Shown here: positions 9,171-36,890 of the stretch, piece after piece
Numbering within the stretch: position 1 is the stretch's first letter
Layout: each line of letters begins with the position of its first letter
Assembly: GCA_963575745.1 (NCBI GenBank)
Contig: CAUYUJ010000302.1
Location: 62,001 to 115,652, forward strand
DNA length: 53,652 bases
Direction: 5' to 3'
Source: Prorocentrum cordatum
Taxonomy: Eukaryota
Program-made: the position numbers and the translations under genes
Notes under the pieces: generated by a model
Database searches by the model: none
What the model saw: the letters and a program-made list of their open reading frames with translations, nothing else
Told to the model about the DNA's origin: nothing

Positions 9171-12100
9171 ATGCCAGAGGTCGGCAAGAAAGGGCAGAAA
9201 CGTCAGCAGCCCGCGAGGCCCCGCACCCCCTTGCAGAAGGCGATGGCCGCCACCACGTCACCTGGCACGGGTTCGGCTCCAGTTGGCGCCCCGTCTACAT
9301 CCAAGCGTCAGCGTCGCACGAAACGCCAGATACAGACATCGGCCGAGCAGGCGAAGGCTGCGGGGTTGAGCACGGCCGACGCCACGAGCTGCTACCGCTG
9401 CGGGGAGCTTCCGGCACCAGAGGGGCAAACGCCGTCCCCACCTGGAGAAACGTCTTCATCCTCCCCCTCCTGTCCCCTCCCTCTCCCCCCTCTCCTCCTC
9501 CTCCTCTTCCTCCTGGGTTTGCTCTGCATGGGGGTCAAGATGAGTAGAGTGCAGTTTACATTCAAGTCCCGATCTTCCAAGCCAGCGGCTTAAACGTCAG
9601 AACGACGTTTTGGTAGGGATCAGCACGCGGCCGAGTGCTGATCCCTACCAAAATGGCTTTGGGGGACTCTTGTAAAGGGGGCCGTGGGGGACCGTAGGGG
9701 GCCGTAGGAGGCCATCTTCCCCCTGCTCCTCCTTCCTTTCCTCTTCCTCCTCCCCCTCCTCCTCCGCCCCTGCCTTGCGTTTGCCTTGCTTGCTAGCCCG
9801 CTGCCTTCAGGCTGCGGTGGAGTGGGCCCTCTACAGGGCGATGGGGTCGGCCAACGACACTCCCGTCGCGTGCGGCGAGGCCTGCAAGGTGTGCTACAAG
9901 GCCGTGGTCGCCGCCAACCCAGGTGCCACGTTCCGCGCGACGGTCGACCAGGCCCAGGCGGACGAGGAGCTCGAGGCCAAGCTGGAGCAGGCTACGAACA
10001 CCCAGAAGTCGGGCAAGCAAGCGTTCCAGCCGTCCGACGTGACTGAGAATGTTTGCGTTCGCCTGATCGTCAAGCGCCCCGTCTCCGTCGCGTCCTCCTC
10101 CACCGTGCGGGCCGACCTGCAGACGGAGCGCATCCCGAAGAAGATCAGCGACCAGACCGCGGTCGTCACCATGCCGCACGAGTCTGGGAAGGGTGAGGAG
10201 ACGTCGTTCCTCTTCAAGGGCGAGGGTGACGTGCCGCCGCGGACGGCCGAGCTCCAGGTCATCCGCGAGTGGACCATGAATGGGAAGGTCTTGACAGCAA
10301 GCAACCAGCTCTTCGCCGCTCAGGGCGGAGATGCATTCGCTCGCTGCGCGACGGCTGGCTTCGAGGAGCACGGACTTCAGGCGCTCCTCAGCAAGATCTC
10401 CTCCGACACGCTGCCGACCTACACGTCGTTCTTGGCAACGTCGGCTGACGCGGCCCCGAGGGCGGGGCATCGCCTTGCTGAAGCCGCGCCGACTTCGCCC
10501 ATTGGCTCGCGGATCCTTGGGGTGGCAGCCTTCAGCCCTGGGTCTGCTGCAAGGCGCCGCATGAGGGCGAAGACTTCGACGTCCGATTCCAGGGAGCCTT
10601 TCGACAGCCCCACCGCGGCCAGCATCATCAACGACGGGGCGTCTACTTTGGGCGGCGACTTAGACGACGGCGCCATGGGGAACGACCTCCTGGCCAAGTG
10701 GAAGGCGCGGCTCCCGATGCACGACGTCATGGCCGACACCGTGGACGGGAGGACTATATCTGCCTTGCTCAAGAAGATTGCTCGGTTGAACGCGACCGCT
10801 GAGGGGCAGGCCGACGGGGCCACCTTGACGATTTTCGCCGATGAGGTTTCTACTGCCAAGAAGCTGCAGCCTGCCAACATGGTCGGGTACGACTGGGGGA
10901 AAATCACGGAGTACGTGGACTGCATGGTCCGTGCGAACGCCTCCTTCCCGAAGGCCACGAAGGCCGCCTTGGTGACTAGCCGGTTGATGAGCTTCGACCA
11001 GCAGAACCAGTGGAAGCAATTCGTTCGCATCATGTCGCCGATTCTGACAGACGATGCAGAGTTTGACCCACTGAGCCCCACGTTAGCAACTGCAGTCGCC
11101 GACGAGGACGAGCGCGCGGAGACCTTCCTCGAGACTGTCGTGAAGAAGGCCATCTGCGGCGCCATCTCCAAGGGGGCCGCGCAGGCGTCCTTCGTGCGCA
11201 ACGTCGTGCATGCCTTGGGCGACGAGTTTATGGACGTGGATCTGCTTGATGTCGGCGGGAACCTCGCCGCCATCATCGCTGACATGCTCGACCTGCGCAA
11301 CGTTTGGGCCGTTGCCTTCGGCGACGGGCCCTGCTTCGACATCTCCCTGGACGCCTACGCCGCCTTCGACCGCCTCCACAAGACGATGGTGTCTTCAGGC
11401 ACGTCCGCGCTGCACCACGTCGGCGCAACTATTAGGAGGACGCCATACTATTGCACACCGTTTCAGAAGTTCTTCAGCAAGATCCCCTACCTGAAGGAGA
11501 ACTTGTCCACCTTCCGCGAGGCCATCGCCGCGCTCCAGGATGCGAAGGTTCTGAGGGCATTCGCATGTACCCTCTCACCGTCCTCGCTCCCTCTCGTCGT
11601 CGCCCCCTCCCGTTGTCGCCCCGTCGTCGCCAGCCAGTCGTCGCACTCGCATCCCCCCATCAGCCCGTCCCGAGAGTGTGCCCCCGCGCACCCCCGTCAT
11701 GATTTTAATGGTTGGCCCCGTCGGGGCCTAGAAAGTACACAGCGCCAAGAGGCCTCGGGGGACTTTAGTTTCTGGCCCCGACGTGTCCCCCTTGCTCCGA
11801 GGTCGACGGCGGCTTGCAGGGCGTCGACATCGACGCGCTGCGCGTCTATTGCGGCAAGTGTATCGCGTGGGCGTCTGGCTTCCCAGAAGGCTACTGCGAC
11901 GCGTTCGATGGCGACCTGAAGGATGCTGTATGCAGGGTTTGCATGTCCCTGCGTGCCGACGCCGACCCGCAGCTTCTGGAGGCAAGTCGGGTTCAGACGA
12001 TCTCGAAGTTGGCGCAGGAGGCGTCCCTGGTCTTCGCGTTGGACACGGCGGTCAGCGAGTCCACCAGCAGCGTGGCCGCCTTCCTTGGCCAGTTGGAGGC

Positions 12101-13160
12101 GCTGAACAGCAAGACCAAGTTGGTGGAGCTTTGCAAGGCCTTGTGGGATGATGTCAGCCTGGAGAGCATTCAGACGGGGATTCCGTTCAAGGATAACTGC
12201 ACTGACGCCATCAAGGCGCTTCTCAAGATGCTCCACAATTACCGCGCTGGGCCGATCAAGAAGGCGGACCCCGCTGCATTTCCTGTCATCGCTGCGGCAA
12301 TGGACGGTCTCGTGGTTGAGATTGCCACAGCGGGCTTTGGCAAAGAGTACGATGAAGATGCGTTGCAGTGCCTCGACAAGTTGTACGCGGCCACTGGGCA
12401 CAAGGACGACGCGATGGAGAAGACCATCGCCATCTTCAAGTTGGGCGCCGCCCTGGCTTCCACGATGAAGGAGGCCCATGCCTTCATGAACACGCCTGAC
12501 TACGACCAGAACCCCGATTGGCCAGATGTAGTTCGCGGTGTCGGCTTGAAGGCGCAGAAGATGTCGGACGTCATGCCCAAGGATGGTGGAGCGTTTGACG
12601 GGCTGCCAGACACGTTCTCCGAGGTCATCCGCGACATGATCCAAGGTGCCAATACCATGGTCAGCAACAGTGGTCGTGACCAGCTGGCACGGTCTGAAGC
12701 CGAGCTCACCAAGGCAATGGAGACGGTCGGCAAGATGCAGTACGCAACGTTGAACGGGAAGCCGTGGTTTGAGGGCTTGCCTGCAAGCCCGACCATGGCG
12801 AAGATCACCTCCCATATGAAGACTGCGACCGACGGCTTCAGCTTCGTGGCCTTCAAGGAGAGAATCCAGTCGTTGGAGGACGCTGTCAATAAGTACACGA
12901 CCGCGGCTGGCTTCATGTCTGAGAAGGTGAACGGTGACGACGTCGAGAAGGCCAACGCGATTGTGTTCAGAGCGCGCACCTCGTTGACTGAGTGCCTGAT
13001 CTGCATGCACGCGGAGTCGCATGCGAACAACGTGGACAAGATGAGGGCAGCGATCGTGGCGGAGCTCAAGGTGTTCCGTGCCAGCAAGGGTGCCGCGAAG
13101 GATCTTAACCCAGCGCTGCAGTCTGCCTTGCGCTGCGTGATTGCTGGCAGGCAGAGTTAG
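9171..13160 (+). CDS. 3-exon ~1115-aa hypothetical protein: N-terminal CxxC...CxxC finger and a long helical body
   Basis: Exons ~9171-9422, 9811-11547 and 11802-13160, all phase 0. Acceptors are cttcag| and tccgag|. CYRC in exon 1 pairs with CKVC in exon 2. Strong GC3 bias. Confidence 0.75.
9608..9653. other. Intronic hairpin, 19-bp perfect stem, 8-nt loop
   Basis: TTTTGGTAGGGATCAGCAC-gcggccga-GTGCTGATCCCTACCAAAA. Confidence 0.95.
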
Positions 13161-13995
13161 GCATCTCCTGCCGCCCGTGCGGGGCGCGGTGGGGGCTGTT
13201 GCCTGGAGGATGAGGATGAGCACGGGGGGGCATCGGCTCGTGGTGGATCGGCGGGAGGGGGGGAGAATACGGTGCAGGGAAACGCGGGAGGGGGGAATGA
13301 GGGAGCAGGGGGAGGGAAGGGAGGGAGACGGAGGATGGGTGGGCGGACGGGCATGCGAACGAAGGGGGAGTCACGCTTCGATGGGGCTTCCAGGCTACAG
13401 TTTGCCGACATGTGTGTCTGCACCCCTGCTCTATAGGTCAGGGGTCGCTTGCAGCCGACTTCTCCCTGGCCAGCTCGGCTCGTGCTTGCCGCCCCCGCCT
13501 CCAGTCGCTCCTGCATGGAGCGCGCCTCCCTCTTGGGTCCCGTCCTCCTCTCCTGGGTCGTCCTGGCCAGCAGCGCCGCGGGTGGCCATGCTCGATGGCG
13601 GAGCTTCTTTTTCAGCGATTTGTTTCGCAACTGGCTGGGGGCCGCAGCCGCGCACCATGGGGTGATTCCTCGAAACGAGGTTTGGTGTTGGTAGGTCGAG
13701 GGCTCGGCCCGCCTCCGCGACCTCCTCGCCCTCCCCCGCGAGGAGCTCGCGGGGGTAGTGACGAGGCCGCGGTGGCAGACGGATGAGGGGAGCGATTCGC
13801 AACAATGGGGGGAGGCGGGCGGATCCGAGGATTGAGAGTATGATGACGAGAAAGGCGGTTCACTTGATTCGATCGCGGCCCCCAGCGTTGCTCGCGAGGT
13901 CGGCGGCTCGATTGCACGCCGATCGTGCGTGCCCATTCGGCGTCAGCAGGTGAGAATACCTTGCGATATGTTCTTCCTCCGCCCCCCTCTCCTCT

Positions 13996-14040
<45 letters not shown>

Positions 14041-14043
14041 TCG

Positions 14044-14086
<43 letters not shown>

Positions 14087-14350
14087 TGCCGCCGCCGCCG
14101 CGGCCGTTGCTGCCGCCGTCGTCGCCGCCGCCGCCGTCGCCGTCTCCCTTTCTTCCCCCTCTTCCCCCCTCCCCCTCCTCGCTCCCCCTCCACCCTCCCT
14201 CCTTTCCCCCCTCCTCCCTTTTTTTCTGCCCCCCCCCCCTCCCGCCCGCCCTCCCACCGTCCCTTCCCTTCCTCCCTCTCCCCCCACCCCTCCCCTCTCT
14301 CCTTCCCCCCCCCCGCCCCCCCCACCTCCCCCCTACTTCCTTACTCCCCC
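13996..14350 (+). repeat. (GTC)n(GCC)n microsatellite plus C/T tract
   Basis: Directly visible. Confidence 0.9.
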
Positions 14351-14569
14351 CCTTCGGGAACAGCGCAGCGTAGCAATGGGCAGGGTAGCTTGCTTATCTC
14401 CTGCGTTATCTCGCGATCGCACGTGAATTCCCAACTTACTTTGACGTTTCCTTAACGCTACCTAGGCAAGTGTCCTTAAAGTCACTATATATTCAGTTAA
14501 AACCTACTTCTATTTGTTTGATTGCAGTGCCGATGTAGGAGATCACGAAATCGTTAACAGTAGATATTC

Positions 14570-14960
14570 TGGAGGCGTCTTTGGGGCTATGTGGTGGGTA
14601 TGTTGGGCTTATCGCTTGCTTGTTGTCGGCCTCCAGGCCTCCTGGAGACCGCTGAGGTGCTTCTAGGGGACTATTGGTCGCCTCTTGGGGGTCGGGGGCG
14701 GTCTCCAGGGCCCTCTTGGGAGCCTCTTGGGCTCTTCTTGAGGGCGAGGGGTGCGTCATGGGGCCATCTGGGGGGCCCTTTTTCGGTTGTCCTGGACGTC
14801 CTTATGACTGGGGGGACGAGCGCGCGACTGTCATGCAACGCCTTTTCGACGCTAGCTGACGTTAGTTTTTCGGGCTGGCCCCCCAGGCCCCCCAGACGGC
14901 CCGAGAGGCTTTCGGGGGGGCCCAGGGAGGCCCCGCGACACCGTTTTGAAGCACAACGTT
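14570..14960 (+). repeat. Dispersed degenerate (C/G)TCTTGG(G/A)G-type repeat; also at ~40740-41010, 42140-42330, 43180-43800 and 45480-45930
   Basis: The same short-period motif cloud appears in five places in the same orientation. Confidence 0.65.
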
Positions 14961-16429
14961 TGGAGCCAAGGCTACGCCCCCAAAGCGTTGGAGAAGTCAC
15001 GCGGCGCCCCAAGAGAAGCGCTGAAGAGCGCCCGAGGACTCCGCGAATTAAGGGGCTCACGTCCCTTACACAACATGTGCAAAATTCAGTTAGTTCGAAG
15101 GTGTCCGAGGACAGTCCACCCTGTACCTCGACGCGCGTGGGTGGACGCACACGTGCACACATGTATGCATGTAAACACGCGTGCACACATAACGCGCACA
15201 TGTGCACGCGAGGGCTTACGCGCCCCCCCTTGCGCCCGCGCGCACCAAGGCATATTTTCCAACAGTGTGCGTGCCTAATTCGTATCGGCACTCATGCGTG
15301 CATGCGCGCGTACGCGCGCACATGGACAGATGCGCGCGCGCGCGAGCCGTCTTCCGCATCCTCGTTTTCTGCAGTGAAGGCCCCTTCGAGACGAAGCGCC
15401 CGCTTGCGATGCAGGCCCTCCCCTGTTCCCCCCATCGGCGCGCGGCCCCAGGGCGTGCGAGGCAGAATCCGCCTGTCACGGGGCGGCGGGGCCGGCCAGG
15501 TGCGACCAGGTGGGAGATCTTCAGGGTCCGACCTTTCCTCGACCCCATCCCCCCGATCGCGCCCACCGATGCCCCACCTCCCCTCTCTTCCTCCACTTGC
15601 TTGCCGCCCTCCTCCTCCTTCTGCCCCCCCCCCTGCTGCTAGTCCCCCGCCTCCTTTTTTTGTTTGTTTGCGCGCTGTGCGCCGCAGACGTCGCGGAGTT
15701 GCGTCGCGCGTCGGCCGCTCGTGACAATGCAAGGCGACTCTGGTCGCCCATGGCAGGGCTACAAACGGTCGCAACGCGCGCACATATGCCAGCAAGCCAG
15801 GGGCTGCCCTGGCGATGAAGCTGCCCGGCCAAGTCGCGGCGCAAACCGCCCGGGCCCGCGTCCGCGCGCGGGCGTGTATTGGATCGCTTGCCTGATCGCA
15901 ATGCGCTTAGCCACGCTGCGCGCGCGCGGACAAATAAACTCGGGCAGTGCGGTCAGCGCGGAAGCGCTCCGCGCACGCCTCGCACATTTGCGCAATCTTC
16001 ACGAGCGGCTGTCCGCCAACACATTCGCCGAATCTGTATTTGCAGTGGGGTGTTTGTGGAAGTTGATGGAAACAGATCCTGACATTCTGCTTTTCCTGTC
16101 GCCCCTTTCGGGGCCCTCTGCGGCCGCTGCCCCCGTGGGGCGCCCAAGAGCCCCCCCACACCCGAAGCGCCCTCACAGAGGCATCGTTGCTCAAGGGCCC
16201 CCGGGGGGCACCGAGGGGGGGGGAAGGGCGGGGGCATGACTTGCATTTGCAGCGAGCTTCCGTGCGTCGGCGCCGCGAGCCACGAGGGTGGCGCAGACGC
16301 TGTTTGGGAACGGGGCGGGGGTTTCGTGTCGGTCGGGGGGCTTTGGTCTGGGGCATGCGGCATGCGCTGTGCGTGCTCGCAGTGGGCCGCGTTGCGTTTC
16401 CTATGCTTGGCGCCGCCCCAGGTGGCATC

Positions 16430-31415
<14,986 letters not shown>

Positions 31416-32431
31416 GGGCCCATGGCCCATGGCCAGCATGCAGAGCATGCAGCAGCAGAGCGGCAGAGCAGAGCGCAGAGCAGCAACAGCAGCAGCAGCA
31501 ACGGCTCAGCAGCAAACCAGCAGCAACGGCTCCCCGGCTCACTCACTCGCTCGCTCTCTTCGCGGAGTTATCTCCCTCGCTCTCCTCTCCTCCTCCTCTG
31601 CCTCCGCAGTCCTCAGCCCCGCCTGTCCCTGTTGCTCGTTTCTTCTCCGATTCGGGGTCGGAGACTCGCGCGCCCCGTGGCGGCGGGAACGCCTCGAGGA
31701 GCGGCGCGGCGCCATCTCGCGAGAGAATGGCTGCGCGCGCGAAGGAAGAGGGGGGGGAGGTGGGGGGCAGAAGGAAGAGGAGAGGGGAGGCATGGAAAGA
31801 GGATGGGGTGCAGGAAGATGAAGAGGAGAGGCAGGGGGGCCTGGGATTGGGGAGGCAAAGGAAAACGACGGGGATGGGGGGGCAGGGGCAGGGGGGGAGG
31901 CGAGGCAGGGCAGGGGAAGGACTGGCGGCTTGAGCCGAAGCCGCAGCCGAGAACCGACGTCCTCGTCCTCCTTGTGGTCCGCGACCCGGGGTCGAGACGG
32001 AGCTGGGTGAGGAATAGATTTGGAGGGGGGGGGATATTTGGAGGTGGATGGGGATGCCTTATCCTCTTCACCATTATTGTCAGATCCGTCTAGTCATCCA
32101 TGTCTCTACATATTGCGCCCCCCTGCATTCTCATCCTCCCAGTCCCACTTCCCACTCGCATCAACCCCTGCACTTCTGTGCACCTCCATTCTCCTCGCGT
32201 CCTCTTCCCCATTTCCCCCTCGCCCGTCGCCCGCCCCCCCCGCCGCCCGCCTGGCAATTTCCTGCCGCTTTCCTCCTCCTCTCTTCCTCTCTCCTCCCTC
32301 CCTCTCCCTCCGTCCCCCCTCATCCCTCTGGGGCCCTCCTCCTCTCCTCCCCCTCCCTCTCTGGGCCCCTCCCCCTCCCGCCCGTGGCACCGTAAAGTGG
32401 GGCAAGGTTGGTGAGATGTGTACCCACCCAC

Positions 32432-33670
32432 CCAACACCCAGTGCGCAACGGCATCCGTTTTTAACACAACACCCAATACTCAACAGCCTCTGTCTCCAA
32501 CACAAGCTGGCACTCAAGAGCCTCCGTCTCCGGCGCAACACCCTGTATTCAACGGCATTTCGCTGCAAGAGAGAGATCCCCTAGGAGTTCTATTCCAATC
32601 CCGATCCGCCCGCCCGCCGTCCGCCGCCCACCCGCCCGCCGCTCGCCCGCCGCCCGCTCGCCGCCCGCCTCCCGCCGCCCGTTCGCCGCGCTTCCGCGTT
32701 CAACGCGACACCCAGTACTCCACAGCGTCCGTCTCCAACACGAAACCCAGTGCTCAACAGCCTCCGCCCCAAACACAAAGCCCAGCACTCAACGGCATCC
32801 GTCCCCAACACAACACCCACTGCTCAACCGCCTCCGTCTTCAACGCAAAGCAGTACTCAACAGCCTCCGTCTCCAACACAGCACCCAGTATTCAACGACA
32901 TCCCGCTGCAAGAGAGAATTGAATTCTGAGGTCTTTGCAAGTCCCGGTCCGCCCGCCCGCCGCCCGCCCGCCCGCCTGCCCGCCGCCCGCCCGCGGCCCG
33001 CCTCTGCCGTCCGCTGCCCGCCGTCCGCCCGCCGTGCCCCCGCGTTCAACACAGCGCCTGGTAGTACTCGATAGCCTCCGTTGCCAACGCGACGCCCTGT
33101 ACTCAACAGCCTGCGTCTCCAGCGCAACACCCAGTGCTCAGCAGCATCCCGCTGCAAGAGAGGGGCGGGGCGATCAAAATCCCGATCCGCCCGCCCGCCC
33201 GCCGCCCGCCCGCCCGCCGCTTTCCCGCCGCCCGCCCCCCGGCCGCCCGCCCTCCGCGCTTCCGCGTTCAACCCAACACGCAGTACGCAACGGCATCCGT
33301 TGCGAACACAACACCCAATACTCAACAGCCTCTGTCTCCAACACAAGCTGGCACTCAAGAGCCTCCGTTTCCAGCACAACAACCCGTATTCAACGGCATT
33401 TCGCCGCAAGAGAGAATTTCCTGAGGAATTTGATTACAATCCCGATCCGCCCGCCCGCCGTCCGCCGCCCGCCCGCCCGCCCACCCGCCCGCCGCCCGCC
33501 TCCCGCCGCCCGTTCGCCGCGCTCCCGCGTTCAACGCGACACCCAGTACTCCGCAGCGTCCGTCTCCAACACGGAACCCAGTGCTCAACAGCCCCCGCCC
33601 CAAACACAAAGCTCAGCACTCTACAGCCTCCGTCACCAACGCAACGTACAGTGTTCAAGAGCATCTCTCT
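32432..33670 (+). repeat. Higher-order minisatellite: ~35-bp monomers in groups separated by a CGCTGCAAGAGAG linker and (CCGC)n blocks
   Basis: Monomer is approximately AACACCCAGTACTCAACAGCCTCCGTCTCCAACAC. There are five blocks, and ~33270-33640 re-copies ~32430-32800. Confidence 0.9.
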
Positions 33671-33759
33671 GCACGAGGTAACCTTCGGAGTTTGTATTGA
33701 AATGCCTATCCGCCGCCCGCCGCCCGCCCGCCCGTCGCCCGCCCGCCGCCCAGCTTTTT

Positions 33760-34510
33760 GGGAGGAAGCTTTCGTCAAATCTTCCGGAGGAAGGTCTTTG
33801 GCAGGTTTTAGGAGGAATCGCCCAAAACCTTCAAACAACCTTTCGGAGGAGGGTTTTTGGAAGGTTTCCTGCGAAAACTTGTCGAACATCTTCCTGAGGA
33901 ATGTTCCAGGAAGATTTTTAGGAGGAGTCCCGCTTGAAGTCTTCACGAGGAAAGTTACAGGACAGTTTTAAAGGAGGAAGCCCTTGTGAAACCTTCCCGA
34001 GGAAGGTTTCTTGAAGCTTTCTAGGGGGGATCCTCCAACAACCTTCCAACAACCTTCCGGAGGAAGGTTTTCTGACGGTTTCTCGGAGGAAACCAGCCTG
34101 AAAACTTTGCGAGGAAAGTTGTTGGAAGGCTTTAGGGGGAATCCAACAAACCATTGGAGATCTTCCTGAGGAAGGTTTTCGGGAGGTTTTAGGAGGAATC
34201 CTCAAACAACCGTTCGAAAGCCTTCCCGAGGAAGGTTTCGGGAGGTTTTTAGAGAAGACCCTTCTGAAACCTTCCTGAGGAAAGTTCTTGGAAGATTGTA
34301 GGAGGAATTCCTGATGGAGTTTTTAGGAAGGCTTCTGAAGAGGAATCGGCCCAAAAAACTTCAGGAAAGCTTCGTGTGAAGAGGGATCCTCCAACATTTT
34401 TTAATACATACCCCCCACAAGCCTACATATATAAATATTTGTAGGAAATTTAGAAGGTTTTAGAAGGAAGAATTCCCCACATCTTTTTTGAGGAAGGTTT
34501 CAGAAGTTTT
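33760..34510. repeat. Array of imperfect palindromes AAACCTTCC-nnn-GGAAGGTTT; related tracts at ~36910-37160 and ~38550-38720
   Basis: For example GAAACCTTCCCGAGGAAGGTTTC (~33988-34010); many further variants. Confidence 0.8.
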
Positions 34511-34717
34511 TTTCCCCAATCAGAGCTTGCCTCTGTAGGGGTCCTAGCGGATTAAAGGATTAGGTGAAAGGTGCGGCCGATTTCGGTGGCCGGGCCCGGG
34601 TGCCGGGTGCCCGGGTGCCTGGGTGCCCGGCGGTGCCCAGGTGCCCCGGTGGCCGGTGAGGTGCGTGGCCGATTTCGGTGGCCGGGCCCGGGTGCCCGGG
34701 GGTGCCCAATGGCCCAG

Positions 34718-34978
34718 TAGCCCTATAGTCCTATAGCCCTATAGCCGTATAGCCCCATAGCCCTGTAGCTTTATATCCCTACAGTCCTAATAGCCCTATA
34801 TCCCTATAGCCCTATAGCCCCTAAGCCCATATGGCTCTATAGCCCCATAGCCCTATAGCCCTATGGCCCCATAAGTCACAGTACTATAGCCCGATAGCCC
34901 TATAGCCCTATAGCCCGATCGCCCTGTAGCCCTATAGCCCGATAGCCCTACAGCCCTATAGCCCGCCCTATAGCCCGA
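34718..34978 (+). repeat. (TAGCCCTA)n 8-bp satellite, preceded by CCGGGTGC repeats (~34575-34710)
   Basis: Directly visible. Confidence 0.9.
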
Positions 34979-35048
34979 TTACAAAGGGAGCAATTGGAAG
35001 ATGAGAAACAAATCTGATTGGGCTTTTTCTCCGGTATCATGTTATTTC

Positions 35049-36184
35049 TGTCGGCGGTGCCTGGTGCGGAGCGACCCCCCCCCCCGCGGAATCGCTCGCC
35101 CTGGGGGTTTCGTGCTGGCCGCACCGCGGGTGCAGGCCGGTACGAACCCCCCCGGGATGCACGAACCCCCCGGGGCCGGTGCGCCCCGGTTCGGGACGCC
35201 CCGCCGGTGCGCCCCGGTACGAACCCCCCCGGGATGGCCAGAGCGCGGGGCAGCGCCCAGGCAGCGCGCGCGAGCGTCCAGCGGCGGCGTCGGCGGCGGC
35301 GCCTGCGACGGCGGCGTCGGCGACGGCGACGACGACATCCAGAGATCCCGGGAATCCCCCGCAGCCCCAGAAGCTTCCCGGAAGTAGGGGGCCAGACGGT
35401 CTCGGAGCTTCCCGGAAGTAGGGGGCCGGCTTTCCGCAATCCCCTGGAGGTCTCCCTGGGGCTCCCCACCCCTCCTCCAACTCCTCCCCACTCCGTCGCA
35501 CTTCTCGGCAATCCTCACCGCTCCCCCCACCCCATCGCAGTCTTCGGCTCGCCTCGGCACTCTTCCGCCTCCCCACTCTATCGCAATCCTCAGCCCCCGC
35601 TCCTCCAAGCTCCTCCCCGCCCCATCGCACTCCGCGGCTCTCCTCCCAGTTGCCCCAGACTCCTCCCCGCTCCATCGCCCTCCTCGGCCCTCCTCGGCAT
35701 TCTTCCCGACTCATCCCCACTCCATCGCACTCCTCGCCGCGACAACGACGCCGACGACGACGACGGCGACGACGACGACGGCGACGATTGCGAGCGCGAC
35801 AAGGGCGAGGACGAGGGCGAGGGCGACGACGGCGACGGCGACGGCGACGACGACATCCAGAGACCTCCGGAGGCCCCCAGAATCCCTGGATGTTTCCCGG
35901 GACTCCCCCCCCCTTCTCCGACCCTCCCCCGCTCCGTCGTGCTCCTCGGCATCCTTCGCCGCTCCTCCCGACTCCTCCCCGCGCCGTCGCGCTCTTCGGC
36001 CCTCCTCGGCGCTCATCCCGACTCCTCCCCGCTCCATCGCTCTACTGAGCACTCCTCCCGGCCCCTCCCGACTCCTCCCCATTTCATCGCACCCCGCGGC
36101 TCCCCCCCCACCTTTCTGAATCCCCCCCCGCGACCGCGACGACGAGACGACGACGACGCCGACGGCGACGACGACGACGACCAC

Positions 36185-36215
<31 letters not shown>

Positions 36216-36890
36216 GCGGCTGCGGCGGCGGCCGCCGCCGCCCCGCGCCCACAGGGGGGGGGGGGGGGGGCCGCCACGCCGCGCCCACAGGGGGGGGCCC
36301 ATCGCGCGGGGGGGGCCCGATGGCATCAGCGTGGGGGGGCGGGGGGGGGGCAGACCCTCGACCACCTATCTCATGTCCGTCCGTCGATCCGTCCATCCAT
36401 CCGTGCCTCCACTCCTCTATCTATCGCCCTCCCTCCCGCCCCGCGCCCGCGCCCCGAAGACCCATCCCCCTTGCTCCCGCGCGGCCCCCCCTCCCGCCCC
36501 CGCAGGCCCCCCCCCCCGCTCCCACGGGGGCCCCCCGCTCCGCGACCACAGGGGGGGGCGGGGGCGCCGGTGCGCCCCATGCAAACCCCCCCGGGAATCG
36601 ATTAGACGTAAGAGTGACCCTTCGCCGGAGTGACCTTTGGTGCGGGATCACCGGGCTCCCCCCGATCGCCGAGCACGATGCGATATGAGCGGCCCACTCC
36701 CTTGGGTTTGGCTCCCTCGCGCCCCCAAAAGCTGCGCACCAAAGGTCACTCTTCCCCAGGGTCACTCTCACGTCTAGCCGGGGGAAAGAGGGAGAGGTGG
36801 GGTTCCAGGTCGTCGGCGGCACCCGGTGCGCCCTGTACGAACCCCCCCGAGAAGGCGGGGGGGGGTTCGCGCCGCGGGGCACCGCCGACA
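35049..36890. mobile_element. Non-autonomous TIR element, ~1.84 kb
   Basis: Ends TGTCGGCGGTGCC and GGCACCGCCGACA form a perfect 13-bp inverted repeat that extends imperfectly for ~70 bp. GTACGAACCCCCCC repeats sit near both ends. No coding capacity and no target-site duplication seen. Confidence 0.65.

Noticed and set aside
11697..13223. 508-aa minus-strand ORF
   Set aside because: Antisense shadow of a GC3-rich + strand exon.
34718..34978. Telomeric repeat
   Set aside because: The unit TAGCCCTA does not match the TTTAGGG/CCCTAAA telomere repeat reported for dinoflagellates.
35018..36688. 556-aa ORF in the TIR element as a transposase
   Set aside because: Low-complexity P/R/D/G translation with no catalytic motifs.
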